64,000 nucleotides of DNA from Cyanophora paradoxa CCMP329 (GCA_004431415.1 QPMI01000413.1:1-64000), one strand, 5' to 3'; counted from the stretch's first letter, positions 40,001 through 50,863 are shown. The notes: generated by a model from the letters alone, not told the origin. Translations and numbers: made by a program.

Positions 40001-40726
40001 GCTCGGTCAGCGTGCGTGCCGGGGGGCGTCCTGCAAGCGCGACCAACGCTCTCAGCTAGTTCGATAATGCTCGGATCGCAACTCGCCGCGTCCCCGGGCG
40101 AGCGGTGTGGGCTTCGGGCGGTCGGCAAGCGACTGGCAACGGTTCCAACGCCTCGAGAAGTGATAGTACAGCATCTCAGAGCGTTCTGGAATGCCGCGAG
40201 ACACTCCCCGCCTGCCGACCCGCACCGCCCTGCGGCCGCGTTGCGCAAGCCTCGTAGCGCGGGCGCCCAGCGAGCAGCGGCGGCATCTCCCTGCTTGCAC
40301 GACACTATTGGTGCGCTGGGTTAGGTCGCGGGCAACAGTGGGTCGCACGCAACAGTGCCGCCGTCGGACACGCAGGCCGATCGCCTGTCAGGAGCCTCTC
40401 CCGATAGCTATTGCACCTGTAGCTGCCACTGGGAACCTCTCGGCTGTCCCACCATGCGAGTGTGCAGTCCGCGCGTCCGAGCGGCCAGCAGCAGCCGAGC
40501 CGACCGTTGGATTCGCCGGATTCGCCAGCCAACCTTCCACCGGCGACCTTTTCCGGCGTTGATAGCCTACAGCCGCCATGCGGGCGCGGCCTGGCAGCCT
40601 GCAGCTGCCATGCGCTAGCTATAGCTATAGCGCCGCCCCGGCGGGCGCGGCGCCGCCAGGACCCGGGCGCCCACGCCTTGCGAAATTGCGCTTCGAGGGC
40701 AGCCAGCGCGCGCTGAACCGCTCGCC

Positions 40727-42039
40727 ATTGCAGTATAAAGGGCCCGCTGCGGCGCGCGCTCGTGAGGGGTTGTGCTCGTGCACGCCGCTGCGGGGTCCGG
40801 GGAAGGGAAATTCACTTCAAATTTCGAATTCGGGGCGATATCGATATATATATCGCGAGAGATCTAGAGAGCAGGAAAAGGAGCAAACTTGAAAGACCGT
40901 TGCCTCCGTTCAAATGGAAGAAAGCAGAGCTTCAGAAGCCTTGAGGGCGGTAGCTGCGGCCCGGCGAGCCGCGCCGCCGCCCTCCGCGCCTCCGCCCCGC
41001 CCGGCGAGCCGCGCCGCCGCCCCCGCGCCTCCGCCCCGCCCGGCGAGCCGCGCCACCGCCCGCCGCGCATCCACCCCGCCCGGCGAGCCGCGCCGCCGCC
41101 CGCCGCGCCTCCGCCCCGCCCGGCGAGCCGCGCCGCCGCCCGCCGCGCCTCCGCCCCGCTCGGCGATCGCGAGCCGCGCCGCCGCCCGCCGCGCCTCCGC
41201 CCCACCCGGCGAGCCGCGCCGCCGCCCGCCGCGCCTCCGCCCGCCTGGCGAGCCGCGCCGCCGCCCGCCGCGCCTCCGCCCCGCCCGGCGAGCCGCCGCG
41301 GGCCGCGCCGCCGCCCGCCGCGCCTCCACCCCGCCCGGCGAGCCGCGCCGCCGCCCGCCGCGCCTCCGCCCCGCCTGGCGAGCGCCCGCCGCGCCTCCGC
41401 CCCGCCTGGCGAGCCGCGCCGCCGCCCGCCGCGCCTCCGCCTCGCCCGGCGAGCCGCGCCGCCGCCCGCCGCGCTTCCGCCCCGTCCGGCGAGCCGCGCT
41501 GCTGCCAAGGCCGCGGGGCCGCGGGCGGCCGCGGGCACGGGCACGCTGCCAAGGCCTGCCAAAGAGAAGCTAGTGCGCGCGGTTGAGCGGCTGGCATGGG
41601 GCGTGCGCGGCTGGCGCGGCTAGCTACAGCAGACTGCCGCGCGCGCGAGAGGCGTGACCGTTGACGAGCCGAGCTAGATCGAGTCGAGGTGAAGAGAAAG
41701 CGCGCGGGGGTGAGAAATTAATATTAAAGCGCGGTGGGGCGCGCGCGGTTGGCGCGGCTGGGGCGTGCAAGGCTGGCGACCTGCCACGTGCTTGAGATCT
41801 AGATCTAGAGGCGTGACCGTGTCGAGCCGAGCCGAGCTGAAGAGCGCCGGGCTTGCAATTGCAATTGCCGAGCCGATTGCCGGGCTGGCGCCTCGGTTCT
41901 TTAAGAGGTTTCTCAGGGTACTGCCGGCGCGCGCGCGCTAGCGCTGCGCGGGCGTCGGCCGCCACGTGCACGTCGGGGCCCGGCCGCGGGTGCGCGACTA
42001 GTTGGAGCGGCTGGGGCATGCGCGGCTTGCGCACGCGAC
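40727..42039. repeat. Direct repeat copy 1, containing a ~40-bp GC minisatellite (40961-41500)
   Basis: Near-identical to 42526-43612. Minisatellite unit CCGGCGAGCCGCGCCGCCGCCCGCCGCGCCTCCGCCCCGC. Confidence 0.9.
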
Positions 42040-42525
42040 TAGCGCAAGAGGCGTGACCGCTGTCGGGCAGAGCCGAGCTACGTATACGTGGCTGCGTTGC
42101 GCTTGCGCCGAATCGCGGAGGGGGGGGGGCAAGTGGCAGGGGGGGTCCGTAAAAGACTTTCGGACTCTCCATTGTGATTGGCTGGGGCGTGCGGCGTCCT
42201 CCTACGCGACCGTGCTCGCGCCCGGCCTCACTCTTGCAGTACGGAATGTCTGGCATAATGCAAGCATCCACTTCGAACTGGTCTGGTCCGTATATCTGCT
42301 CCCTGTGCGTCGCTGGACCTGGTTTTGTCCCGGGTGTTGGTGCCTGTTCCTGGGTCACCCTTTGGTCGGACGGGACCGGGCGACATGGTTTCGGGGTCCC
42401 CTGGGGATGGGCTTTCAGGATGTATCGCGCGGCCCGGGTTTTGAGGAGGTCGGGAAAACGGGATTTGGGGTAGGGTTGGGCCCAAAGGAGAGGGACAGGG
42501 GAAGTGTTTCTCCCTTCCCCAATTA

Positions 42526-43612
42526 ATTGCAGTAAAAAAGGGCCCGCTGCGGCGCGCGCTCGTGAGGGGTTGTGCTCGTGCACGCCACTGCGGGGTCCGG
42601 GGAAGGGAAATTCACTTCAAAATTCGAATTCGGGGCGATATCGATATATATATCGCGAGAGATCTAGAGAGCAGGAAAAGGAGCAAACTTGAAAGACCGT
42701 TGCCTCCGTTCAAATGGAAGAAAGCAGAGCTTCAGAAGCCTTGAGGGCGGTAGCTGCGGCCCGGCGAGCCGCGCCGCCGCCCTCCGCGCCTCCGCCCCGC
42801 CCGGCGAGCCGCGCCGCCGCCCGCCGCGCCTCCGAGGCTCCGCCCCGCCTGGCGAGCCGCGCCGCCGCCCGCCGCGCCTCCACCCCGCCCGGCGAGCCGC
42901 GCCGCCGCCCGCCGCGCCTCCGCCCGCCTGGCGAGCCGCGCCGCCGCCCGCCGCGCCTCCGCCCCGCCTGGCGAGCCGCGCCGCCGCCCGCCGCGCCTCC
43001 GCCCCGCCCGGCGAGCCGCGCCGCCGCCCGCCGCGCTTCCGCCCCGTCCGGCGAGCCGCGCTGCTGCCCGCCGCGCCTGCGGCGCATGCGCAGGCATGGC
43101 GCGGGCAAATCTGGGCGGCCGCGGGCGCGGGCACGCCGCCAAGGCCTGCCAAAGAGAAGCTAGTACGCGCGGTTGAGCGGCTGGCATGGGGCGTGCGCGG
43201 CTGGCGCGGCTAGCTACAGCAGACTGCCGCGCGCGCGAGAGGCGTGACCGTTAACGAGCCGAGCTAGATCGAGTCGAGGTGAAGAGAAAGCGCGCGGGGG
43301 TGAGAAAGCGCGGTGGGGCGCGCGCGGTTGGCGCGGCTGGGGCGTGCGAGGCTGGCGACCTGCCACGTGCTTGAGATCTAGAGGCGTGACCGTGTCGAGC
43401 CGAGCCGAGCTGAAGAGCGCCGGGCTTGCAATTGCAATTGCCGAGCCGATTGCCGGGCTGGCGCCTCGGTTCTTTAAGAGGTTTCTCAGGGTACTGCCGG
43501 CGCGCGCGCGCTAGCGCTGCGCGGGCGTCGGCCGCCACGTGCACGTCGGGGCCCGGCCGCGGGTGCGCGACTAGTTGGAGCGGCTGGGGCGTGCGCGGCT
43601 TGCGCACGCGAC
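42526..43612. repeat. Direct repeat copy 2 (shorter minisatellite 42761-43065), truncated by the viral insertion
   Basis: Matches copy 1 up to GCACGCGAC, then switches to AT-rich sequence. Confidence 0.9.
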
Positions 43613-43907
43613 ACATAGACAATGCCCGCGTTTTATCCCTCGGCTAAGTTTAATTATAATTTGTTTATAATTTACCTATATTTCTTGCATATTTAACGTT
43701 AATTTATGTGTATTTTATCCTTTATTCTTGTCTTTTATGTGCGTATTTCATATATAATACTAACGTATCCCTTACTGAAATTTAATGTATTCGTATCTCC
43801 GATGTATTTTACCTCTATCTCTCGTAATCACTTGTATTTGAGGTGGATTTTAAACTTAGATAAATTATATCACGCCTCCTGATAAAACGCGGGCATTGTC
43901 TATGTGT
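43611..43907. repeat. Perfect 27-bp inverted repeat at the element end
   Basis: ACACATAGACAATGCCCGCGTTTTATC (43611-43637) and GATAAAACGCGGGCATTGTCTATGTGT (43881-43907). Nested pair CTAAGTTTAA (43644-43653) / TTAAACTTAG (43850-43859). Confidence 0.95.
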
Positions 43908-44170
43908 GATATTACGCATTATCGTGTATAATGATATGGAAATAATATGTGTATGCATTTAATGAAAAATATGTATTTAATTATACAAGAAATAATGAAA
44001 TATTTGTGTGAAATTCTAACGGAATTCCTTCGAAAAATAATAAAATGTTCTTTTGGATTTAATGTGTAGCATATATGGAGCTGATATGGCGCCGTTTTTG
44101 TGTTAAAACAGCTACAATGTGCTGTATGGAGCGCCGGGTTAATTTCGCGTTTGTGATTGATATAGTGCGG

Positions 44171-44403
44171 TAAGGCATCTGTTAGGCACTTTGGGGATTA
44201 CTGATATGGTGCGGTTAGGCACTTTTAGGCACTTGTAGGCAGAGTAGGCACTTTATTTTAATCTCTTGTGTGATTTTTTAAAGTTGTGTGTTTTTGACAC
44301 AACTTTTTGGCGCGTGAAAAAAAAGATGAAAAAGGTGCCTACGGTGCCTAAGGTGCCTAACAGGTGCCTATTATACTTATTTTAGTGCCTATTAAGTGCC
44401 TAT
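44171..44403. promoter_or_regulatory. Mirror-symmetric iteron cluster, candidate replication origin
   Basis: Six (T)AGGCA(C) motifs (44172-44251), a central hairpin AAAGTTGTGT-N7-ACACAACTTT (44280-44306), then six GTGCCTA motifs (44335-44402). The function is inferred. Confidence 0.6.
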
Positions 44404-44532
44404 CTTACTGATTATCGTGTTATTTACAAGGAAATCTCGATACTTTATGTCTCTCCGTATGCGGAGATCCACCAAAGATACCTATTATCCTCTCTTCTAT
44501 TAACGATGATATATTACATGTCTTTCGCTCGT

Positions 44533-44617
44533 GCAAAAATGAAAGTCCCGTGAGCAACACAAATTGATTTAAGGAAGTTGCGATATAGAGGTGTAAGAAA
44601 GAAAAATATTTTCTGTG
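44533..44617 (+). promoter_or_regulatory. Duplicated upstream element (second copy 45246-45336), putative viral promoter
   Basis: GAAAG.CCCGTG.GCAACACAAA..GATTTAAGGAAGTTGCGATATA...GAAAAAT.TTT.C.GTG precedes the ATGs at 44636 and 45347. Confidence 0.7.
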
Positions 44618-44635
44618 TCTAATATAAAAGCAAAC

Positions 44636-45241
44636 ATGGCTTATCTGTTCAATGGTCGAATTATCTTCTCTGTTCGTGTTGGTGATCTTCCTTTTTCCAT
44701 CGGTGAAATGCTGGAAATTATAAATGCTATCCATCACAATGGAAGATTAATAGGAAATTCACCCACTTATTCTGATATGCGGGGTGTCGGTTATTTCATG
44801 GATAAACCTCATCAAATAGTCGTTAGACATGTCGATGATCGGTTTTACATTGCGAAAGCCATTGAGCCTATCGATAATATTAAATTCCTTGTTAGACAAC
44901 TCCGTTATGAGGAAACAGAGGATGCTTATGTAGAAATTCTCGATTTCTGGCAACATGTCCGATGCACTCAATATAAGGTATCTGATGTCATGGATGTAAT
45001 TGTAAGAGATTACGGTAATCAGATGCAACCACGTTATTATTTTAAAGTAAATCGTGATCTCTCGGTTTATCATCGCAAGTTCGAAGGGCATAACTTAAAG
45101 TTAACTACCCGTGCATCGGTTCGTAAATTCTTAAAAGCCAATGGTGCCGCATGGAGTCGTGGACATCGCATGTGGTATATTGAAGAAAAGGACAAAGTGG
45201 GTATAGTGGGCGACATATTCAGTTTGATTGATCGTGATTAA
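44636..45241 (+). CDS. Viral hypothetical protein, 201 aa, with a DUF5710-like C-terminal motif
   Basis: Clean ORF in AT-rich DNA, ATG at 44636 after the conserved upstream element. KFLKANGAAWSRGHRMWYI resembles K..GA.W....K.WY. Confidence 0.7.
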   Translation: MAYLFNGRIIFSVRVGDLPFSIGEMLEIINAIHHNGRLIGNSPTYSDMRGVGYFMDKPHQIVVRHVDDRFYIAKAIEPIDNIKFLVRQLRYEETEDAYVEILDFWQHVRCTQYKVSDVMDVIVRDYGNQMQPRYYFKVNRDLSVYHRKFEGHNLKLTTRASVRKFLKANGAAWSRGHRMWYIEEKDKVGIVGDIFSLIDRD

Positions 45242-45346
45242 TAAGGCAAAAATTGAAAGCCCCGTGGGCAACACAAAAGGATTTAAGGAAGTTGCGATAT
45301 ATAGGGGTAACAAAGAAAGAGAAAAATTTTTCCGTGACGTATTACA

Positions 45347-45625
45347 ATGTCGCGCGCTGAAATGTTTAAGGAGATCTCCGATATCATGGAAGCCGCCGAA
45401 TACTTCTATAAAGAAAACGACACCCTTTACCCTTCTCTGTCTCAAATTGTAGCGATCGGTTTTTTAGCTGATAGACCCGACCGACTGTATGCAAAGAGTG
45501 ATGAAAACCACTTTTTCCACTATCAAAAGCAAACTTTAAAAAGAGGAAAGGTGGAATACAACGTTAAAGCACTGTTTAACTTTGGCGGTGAGTTCATCCC
45601 TCTTATTGAATTCAAAAACCATTAA
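45347..45625 (+). CDS. Viral hypothetical protein, 92 aa
   Basis: Follows the second copy of the upstream element. Its stop overlaps the stop of the convergent penton gene. Confidence 0.7.
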   Translation: MSRAEMFKEISDIMEAAEYFYKENDTLYPSLSQIVAIGFLADRPDRLYAKSDENHFFHYQKQTLKRGKVEYNVKALFNFGGEFIPLIEFKNH

Positions 45626-46533
45626 TCAATACCTAACGCTAAAAACTCCAACTCAAACGAATTATCGATACCGTTCATATCAACAAGATCACCGTAATAA
45701 TCACGAAACTCTATTGTTAACTCACGAATAACAAGGTTCTTGTCTGTTATTTTTATGTATTCGCCATGCTCTCCGCTATGGTATATATACTTTCCGATGT
45801 CCTGACTTAATTGTAAACGCAAGATTGCGCCTTGGTTCTGTGGTTGCGATTTCGGGACTACATGATGGTTCGAAGCAAAAGAAGAGAGTTCTTTAATGTG
45901 CATATACAAGTATTGTTCTGCGTTCATATCAACCATCTTGTCACTTAATGCTCTAAACTGTAACTCTGTTACAACCATATTATCTGCCTCGAAGGTAATA
46001 CCCCACTGTGGGTGATCGGGCGTAATTGGTGTTCCTGCATAAACAAGATGGTTTTCCGGTGCATACATCGACCTTTGTAACAAGTGAGTTTTAACAGTGC
46101 TGCCCAACCATTCTATTGAACTTAAACCAAATAATTTAGCTATCCTGGCATTAGAGGCAATCACCTCAAACAGATAATTACTATAAAACTCCAATTTGTA
46201 GGTGGTTGGGTTGTAGTATATTTTGAACTTATAACCATCACCGAGATTGAAATTCAAACCATAATTATATGGGTGAGTAACACTAAAATGCCCTTGATTA
46301 ATGTAGCCACTTGGTAGTGGGTGAATCTGTTTTACAACGTCACCATTAGCGGTGTCATATCTTACAAGTAAAAAATCGGTTCCCATTGAATTATATATAC
46401 TGTTCGGAATCTCAGCATACAAAATGCGACATTGTCGGGGTCTGGTTATTGGTGTTGTGAGTGCAACCTTATAAGAGTTTTCTTTTTGTCCCTCTGGTCG
46501 GTCTCTACTATCGACATTGACAAGCCGAATCAT
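45622..46533 (-). CDS. Minor capsid protein (penton, single jelly roll) 1
   Basis: N-terminal VNVDSRDR and ILYAEIPNSIYN; C-terminal ELTIEFRDYYGDLVDMNGIDNSFELEF. These are typical PLV/virophage penton motifs. Confidence 0.88.
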   Translation of the reverse strand: MIRLVNVDSRDRPEGQKENSYKVALTTPITRPRQCRILYAEIPNSIYNSMGTDFLLVRYDTANGDVVKQIHPLPSGYINQGHFSVTHPYNYGLNFNLGDGYKFKIYYNPTTYKLEFYSNYLFEVIASNARIAKLFGLSSIEWLGSTVKTHLLQRSMYAPENHLVYAGTPITPDHPQWGITFEADNMVVTELQFRALSDKMVDMNAEQYLYMHIKELSSFASNHHVVPKSQPQNQGAILRLQLSQDIGKYIYHSGEHGEYIKITDKNLVIRELTIEFRDYYGDLVDMNGIDNSFELEFLALGID

Positions 46534-46562
46534 TTTATTATATGAATATAGATTAAAGAAAA

Positions 46563-47573
46563 ATGCCGGTGGAATATGTCGAAGTGTCTTCTTTTAAAAA
46601 AATAGCAAACCTCGACGCTCCAACATCACGGTTTGTTGCCGATCTTCCTAAAACATTTGAAAATGTTAGAGCTGTCCGCCTTGTCTCTGCGGAATTCTAT
46701 AATTCCGTTCCACTTATCAGCGGTGAAACTGTCCCCGGAGATGTAACCGTAGAAGATGCTTTTACGATCTGGTTTAGTATTGCAAATGCCGCCATCAACT
46801 CTACAAATGCACCCGCTCCCGGTTTTGATGTTTGGCGGTCAATCCGTCCCGGTCAAAATTTAGGATCTGATGTTATTAATACCCACAAAGAACTCGCCGC
46901 TCGCATAAATAGTAGATTCGAAGGTATAACTCCGAATCCTAATATTCGGTGTAAATGGGATGATGTTAATAAACGGGTCATCTTCTATGCTCCAACTGTA
47001 TTTTATATAGCATTCTCTACTGCAAAAGATCCCGACAGTTCAAGTGCTGAAAAGAATAACCGACACGGTCGTATGCTTGGTCTCGATGCTGGACGTTATG
47101 GTAATAGATATATTAAATCAAATGTCTATTCAACTGCTAACGATGAGGTGTTTACAGGTGCTAATGTAAATGGTATTATCTCAACATTCCCCACTGAGAG
47201 TTGTAAAGATAACGTCTTTTTCGTAAGAGTAAAAGAACTGGGCGACCTCGTCCAATGTGCCGATGGTCTTCTTACTGGATATTTCCATAAACTCATGGTT
47301 CAAGATAAAGACTTTGCGGAACACGTAGTATACAATTCGACCGAAGCTAACCCGCTGTATAAATACTACAATAAGAAAATGTCACTATCGCAACTGTCGG
47401 TAGATATAGTGAATGCTCAAAATGAATTAATTGATTTCGAAGGTCAACCTATCCATTTGACTTTTGAAATCCGTTATGGTGAAGAACCCGCCGGTGATCC
47501 GGTCTATGAGTATTTCAAAATGAGAATGAGGGAAACCCACCCCTTCTATCCAAATATTGCCGGATTCGCGTAA
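46563..47573 (+). CDS. Minor capsid protein (penton) 2
   Basis: LPKTFENVRAVRLVSAEFYNS and LSQLSVDIVNAQNELIDFEGQPIHLTFEI; lies directly upstream of the MCP. Confidence 0.85.
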   Translation: MPVEYVEVSSFKKIANLDAPTSRFVADLPKTFENVRAVRLVSAEFYNSVPLISGETVPGDVTVEDAFTIWFSIANAAINSTNAPAPGFDVWRSIRPGQNLGSDVINTHKELAARINSRFEGITPNPNIRCKWDDVNKRVIFYAPTVFYIAFSTAKDPDSSSAEKNNRHGRMLGLDAGRYGNRYIKSNVYSTANDEVFTGANVNGIISTFPTESCKDNVFFVRVKELGDLVQCADGLLTGYFHKLMVQDKDFAEHVVYNSTEANPLYKYYNKKMSLSQLSVDIVNAQNELIDFEGQPIHLTFEIRYGEEPAGDPVYEYFKMRMRETHPFYPNIAGFA

Positions 47574-47625
47574 ATTAAGGATCATTCACAGAATTTTTAT
47601 ATTTTATTATTGTAAAAGAGAAAAC

Positions 47626-49009
47626 ATGGACGTCACAACAACCCTCCAACGTCTTTCCCTCAAAGAGGCGCTAACCACCCCGAAGAGGCAAAGGCGTTCT
47701 TCCTCGATAACTCGCTTATGCTCGGTCTGGAAGCGAAGACTAAACCCGTTCTCGTTACTGTTAGTCCATCGACAACCTATGACAACAACGTAGGACAGCG
47801 AGTAAGTTTCAAACTTCCCCGCTACAACTTTGTCGGTAAAATTGAGCTTGCTTTTGATCTTTCAGAACTAACTGCTTTTACTGGTGATACCGACCTTGTG
47901 CGAAACGGTTACACTCGCCCCGTCGGTGCGCTTGTAGACCGTCTCGAAATCTCGTATGGTTCTTACACCTACCATGTGCCTTCTGATTTCCTGGCGATCT
48001 TCCCGCTGGTTTACTATTCAGAGGATCAATTAGCGAAAAGAAGCGTTCTATGGGTATGCTCCATGGTATTCCCGCTCACGGAACCAACCGCACAGGTGGC
48101 GCTTTCTTTGTCGAAGTGCCGGTGCCGTGGTTAAATCATTACTTGCCCCTTGGCGCGCTCTCAGGGGAAATGGTAGTTACCGTATGGTTTAAGGAGGCTA
48201 ATAAGGGATACCTCGAAACTTCTTATGGCGGTCGCACTCTTGCAGTTGTAGGTGCTGCTGCTGATCAAACCACTAATGATGGTCTCGGAAGTGCTGCTAA
48301 TGTAACTCTTGCGAATGTCGGTCAAAACATCACCACTGGTAGTATTACAGGGTTCGAAGTTGCCGGTGCTGTGGCTCCAATCTCCATTAAGTCTCCTCGT
48401 CTCTACATGCATGCTATCAACGTTTCCGATGAGCTGTTTGCTACGGTCATTGAGAAGGTCAAGACTACCGGTATGGCGATTCCATCACTCGACATCGGTT
48501 TTGTCGATGCTATCAGTGTTGCTGCGAAAGGTAACACTCAACCCAACCGAATTAACCTTAGCCAAATCTCCGGTCTGGTCTATGCTCTACTTGTTTCAGT
48601 TCGCGATGCTGCCGGTATTGATACTTCCGATGGTTCCCATAGCGTCCTTAAAACGCTTGCGAATGCAAAGGACATTACCATGACTTGTGAGATCAACGGA
48701 CAGCGTCTATATTCGACGGAGCCTATCCCACTTCTCAAAGGTGCGGAACTCATTGCCGATGTTTTCAAGTGTTCAAATATGGATAAGGATGCTAACCGTT
48801 ATGTCCTTTCCGGCTTCCCATTCTGCACTGATGGTGAGAAGGCTATTCGCAATATCGCACAGTCTGGTTTTGTCGACCTTTCAAACTCGTCATCAAGCTT
48901 CCTTACCCTGTATCTTCCTGCTGATCGCACAATTACTGTTAACGTCCGCGCTCTCATGCACAGCTACATTATAGTCGACAAAGATGGTGTTCGTCGTATA
49001 AATTTGTAG
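47626..49009 (+). CDS. Major capsid protein (double jelly roll), ~461 aa after correcting two -1 homopolymer frameshifts
   Basis: Joins three track ORFs by adding one C at ~47678-47681 and one A at ~48035-48038. Motifs VSFKLPR and FFVEVPVPW..YLPLGALSGEMVVTVWF; beta-rich; sits between penton and ATPase. Confidence 0.85.
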
Positions 49010-49081
49010 TAACCTTACTGTTAATCGTAAGACATTTAAGGAAAAAATGATTAGTTATTTTTGGGGTTCTTATAAAGTAAG

Positions 49082-50014
49082 ATGTCGCATACTGTCGAGT
49101 CATTTATAGCGAAGGCGAATGAAGTTCATGGTGAGCAATATGACTACTCGAAAGTAGTATATCAAGGGATGATGAAGAAAGTAACGATAATTTGTAAGAC
49201 ATGTCATACTGAATTTAGTCAAGCGGCACATAGTCATATTAATCAAAAATGTGGCTGCCCATCATGTGGAAACATCAAAAAAGGAATATCTCATAGATTA
49301 ACGACAGAACAGTTTATAGCAAGGTCGAAAGAGAAGCATGGGGATCTCTATGACTATTCAGACTCTGTATATGTGAAAGGAGAAGATCCCATAACAATTT
49401 TCTGTAAGAAGTGTCAAGAATACTTTACTCAAAAGCCACATAAACATATGACTGGGGATGGTCATGCAAAGTGTAAAATGGATCGTATCAAAGACAAATT
49501 ACAAATGGGAATTGACAAGTTCAAAGAAAGAGCCATTAAACTGTATGGTGATATTTACGATTACTCAAATGTCGAATATGTGAATGCAAAGACAAAAGTT
49601 AAAATCACCTGTAAGAAATGTGAAATGGAATTTGAGAAGACGCCATATGACTTTCTGAATGGTTATGGCTGTCTGTTCTGTCGCTCATCCACTGGTGAAA
49701 CAAAAGTGCAATCGGTTTTAAAGGATATGGGGTTACAATTCTCTGTGTCGCATCGGTTTCCTGATTGCAAACATAAAAGAGTTCTTCCGTTCGATGTCTT
49801 TATACCATCGCTTAAAATCGCCATTGAATATGATGGAATCCAACATTTCCGACCTGTGGAACAGTTTGGTGGTCTACAAGCATTTGAAGATACACAACTA
49901 CGTGATGGTATCAAAAATCGCTATTGTGAAGCCAACAATATTAAACTCTTGCGCATCCCATACACAGAAACTGATATTGAGCGGTGCATTAAGCAATTCC
50001 TAATATGTCTTTAA
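49082..50014 (+). CDS. Free-standing endonuclease: three DUF723-like Zn repeats plus a Vsr-like PD-(D/E)XK domain
   Basis: Three repeats of FI......HG..YDYS...Y......V.I.CK.C...F......H....GC..C; C-terminal LPFDVFIPSLKIAIEYDGIQHF...RDGIKNRYCEANNIKLLRIPY. Confidence 0.85.
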   Translation: MSHTVESFIAKANEVHGEQYDYSKVVYQGMMKKVTIICKTCHTEFSQAAHSHINQKCGCPSCGNIKKGISHRLTTEQFIARSKEKHGDLYDYSDSVYVKGEDPITIFCKKCQEYFTQKPHKHMTGDGHAKCKMDRIKDKLQMGIDKFKERAIKLYGDIYDYSNVEYVNAKTKVKITCKKCEMEFEKTPYDFLNGYGCLFCRSSTGETKVQSVLKDMGLQFSVSHRFPDCKHKRVLPFDVFIPSLKIAIEYDGIQHFRPVEQFGGLQAFEDTQLRDGIKNRYCEANNIKLLRIPYTETDIERCIKQFLICL

Positions 50015-50080
50015 TCCAAAACCGTTTTCAGTCATATTTCGTTATTTTTATCTATCTTTATTAAGAAGATCTACAACACC

Positions 50081-50863
50081 ATGGATGATGTCCCCGAATT
50101 TAACGCTGGCGAAATGATAAAACCACCTTTCCGTGTCCTCGCAATCGGAAAATCGGCTACGGGCAAGTCAGAAGCGGTGAAATACTGGCTAAAACAGTTA
50201 CACGATCAAAAAAAGTTAGATGTCGTTTTAGTTGTAAGTGGAACCGCATTTAATCATTTCTGGAATAATGTAGCTACTATACAGCTCGGTAAATGGGATG
50301 CGCCTTACATCGCTAAACTTCTCGATGAAAGACAAGAGAAAATAGAGAAAGGAGAACCTGTTAACCAATTGTGTGTAGTTCTCGATGATCTTATAGATAA
50401 TGAGTTAGTCGACCTTACCCGTGATAAAATTATAGGCTCTCTGTATTCAAGGGGGAGGCATTCCCAAATTTCGATAATTTGCATAACTCAGAAACTGCGT
50501 AAGGTTTCTTCCACTATTCGCGTTAATTCGGATTATGCAATGTTTCTTAGCGCCGCTAATCGAAAAGAACTCGAAGCAATAGAGGAAGAATATAATATAA
50601 TGCGGGATAAAGACGCTTTTTATAAGATGTTTGAGGAATACGTTCATTCATATCAGTTTCTCATTTGGTCATCCGCTGATTATTCGGTAAAGTATTATGT
50701 AGATAAAGCGGATCTCGTTAAAAACTTTGGATTTCCGCGTTTCCATCGCAAACCTAAAAAGAAAGAAGACGAATTAAAACCACCTGAGCAAGAGGAAGCG
50801 CCAAAAGAGATTAAAAGCGCTATTCATACGAATAAATTGATGCGATATAAGATAGGACTTTAA
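50081..50863 (+). CDS. Genome packaging ATPase (A32 / FtsK-HerA family)
   Basis: Walker A GKSATGKS, Walker B VVLDD, arginine finger SRGRH, ITQ motif, IRVNSDY. Confidence 0.95.
   Translation: MDDVPEFNAGEMIKPPFRVLAIGKSATGKSEAVKYWLKQLHDQKKLDVVLVVSGTAFNHFWNNVATIQLGKWDAPYIAKLLDERQEKIEKGEPVNQLCVVLDDLIDNELVDLTRDKIIGSLYSRGRHSQISIICITQKLRKVSSTIRVNSDYAMFLSAANRKELEAIEEEYNIMRDKDAFYKMFEEYVHSYQFLIWSSADYSVKYYVDKADLVKNFGFPRFHRKPKKKEDELKPPEQEEAPKEIKSAIHTNKLMRYKIGL

Noticed and set aside
40727-43612. LTR pair or DIRS-like element (YGPDQFEVDAC in the spacer)
   Set aside because: No TG...CA ends, primer-binding site or RT motifs, and the ~490-bp spacer is too short to assign.
47626-48060. Programmed ribosomal frameshifting in the MCP
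   Set aside because: Both shifts, and those at 51106 and 59077, are single-base losses in short homopolymers matching the error pattern elsewhere, and there is no canonical slippery heptamer.
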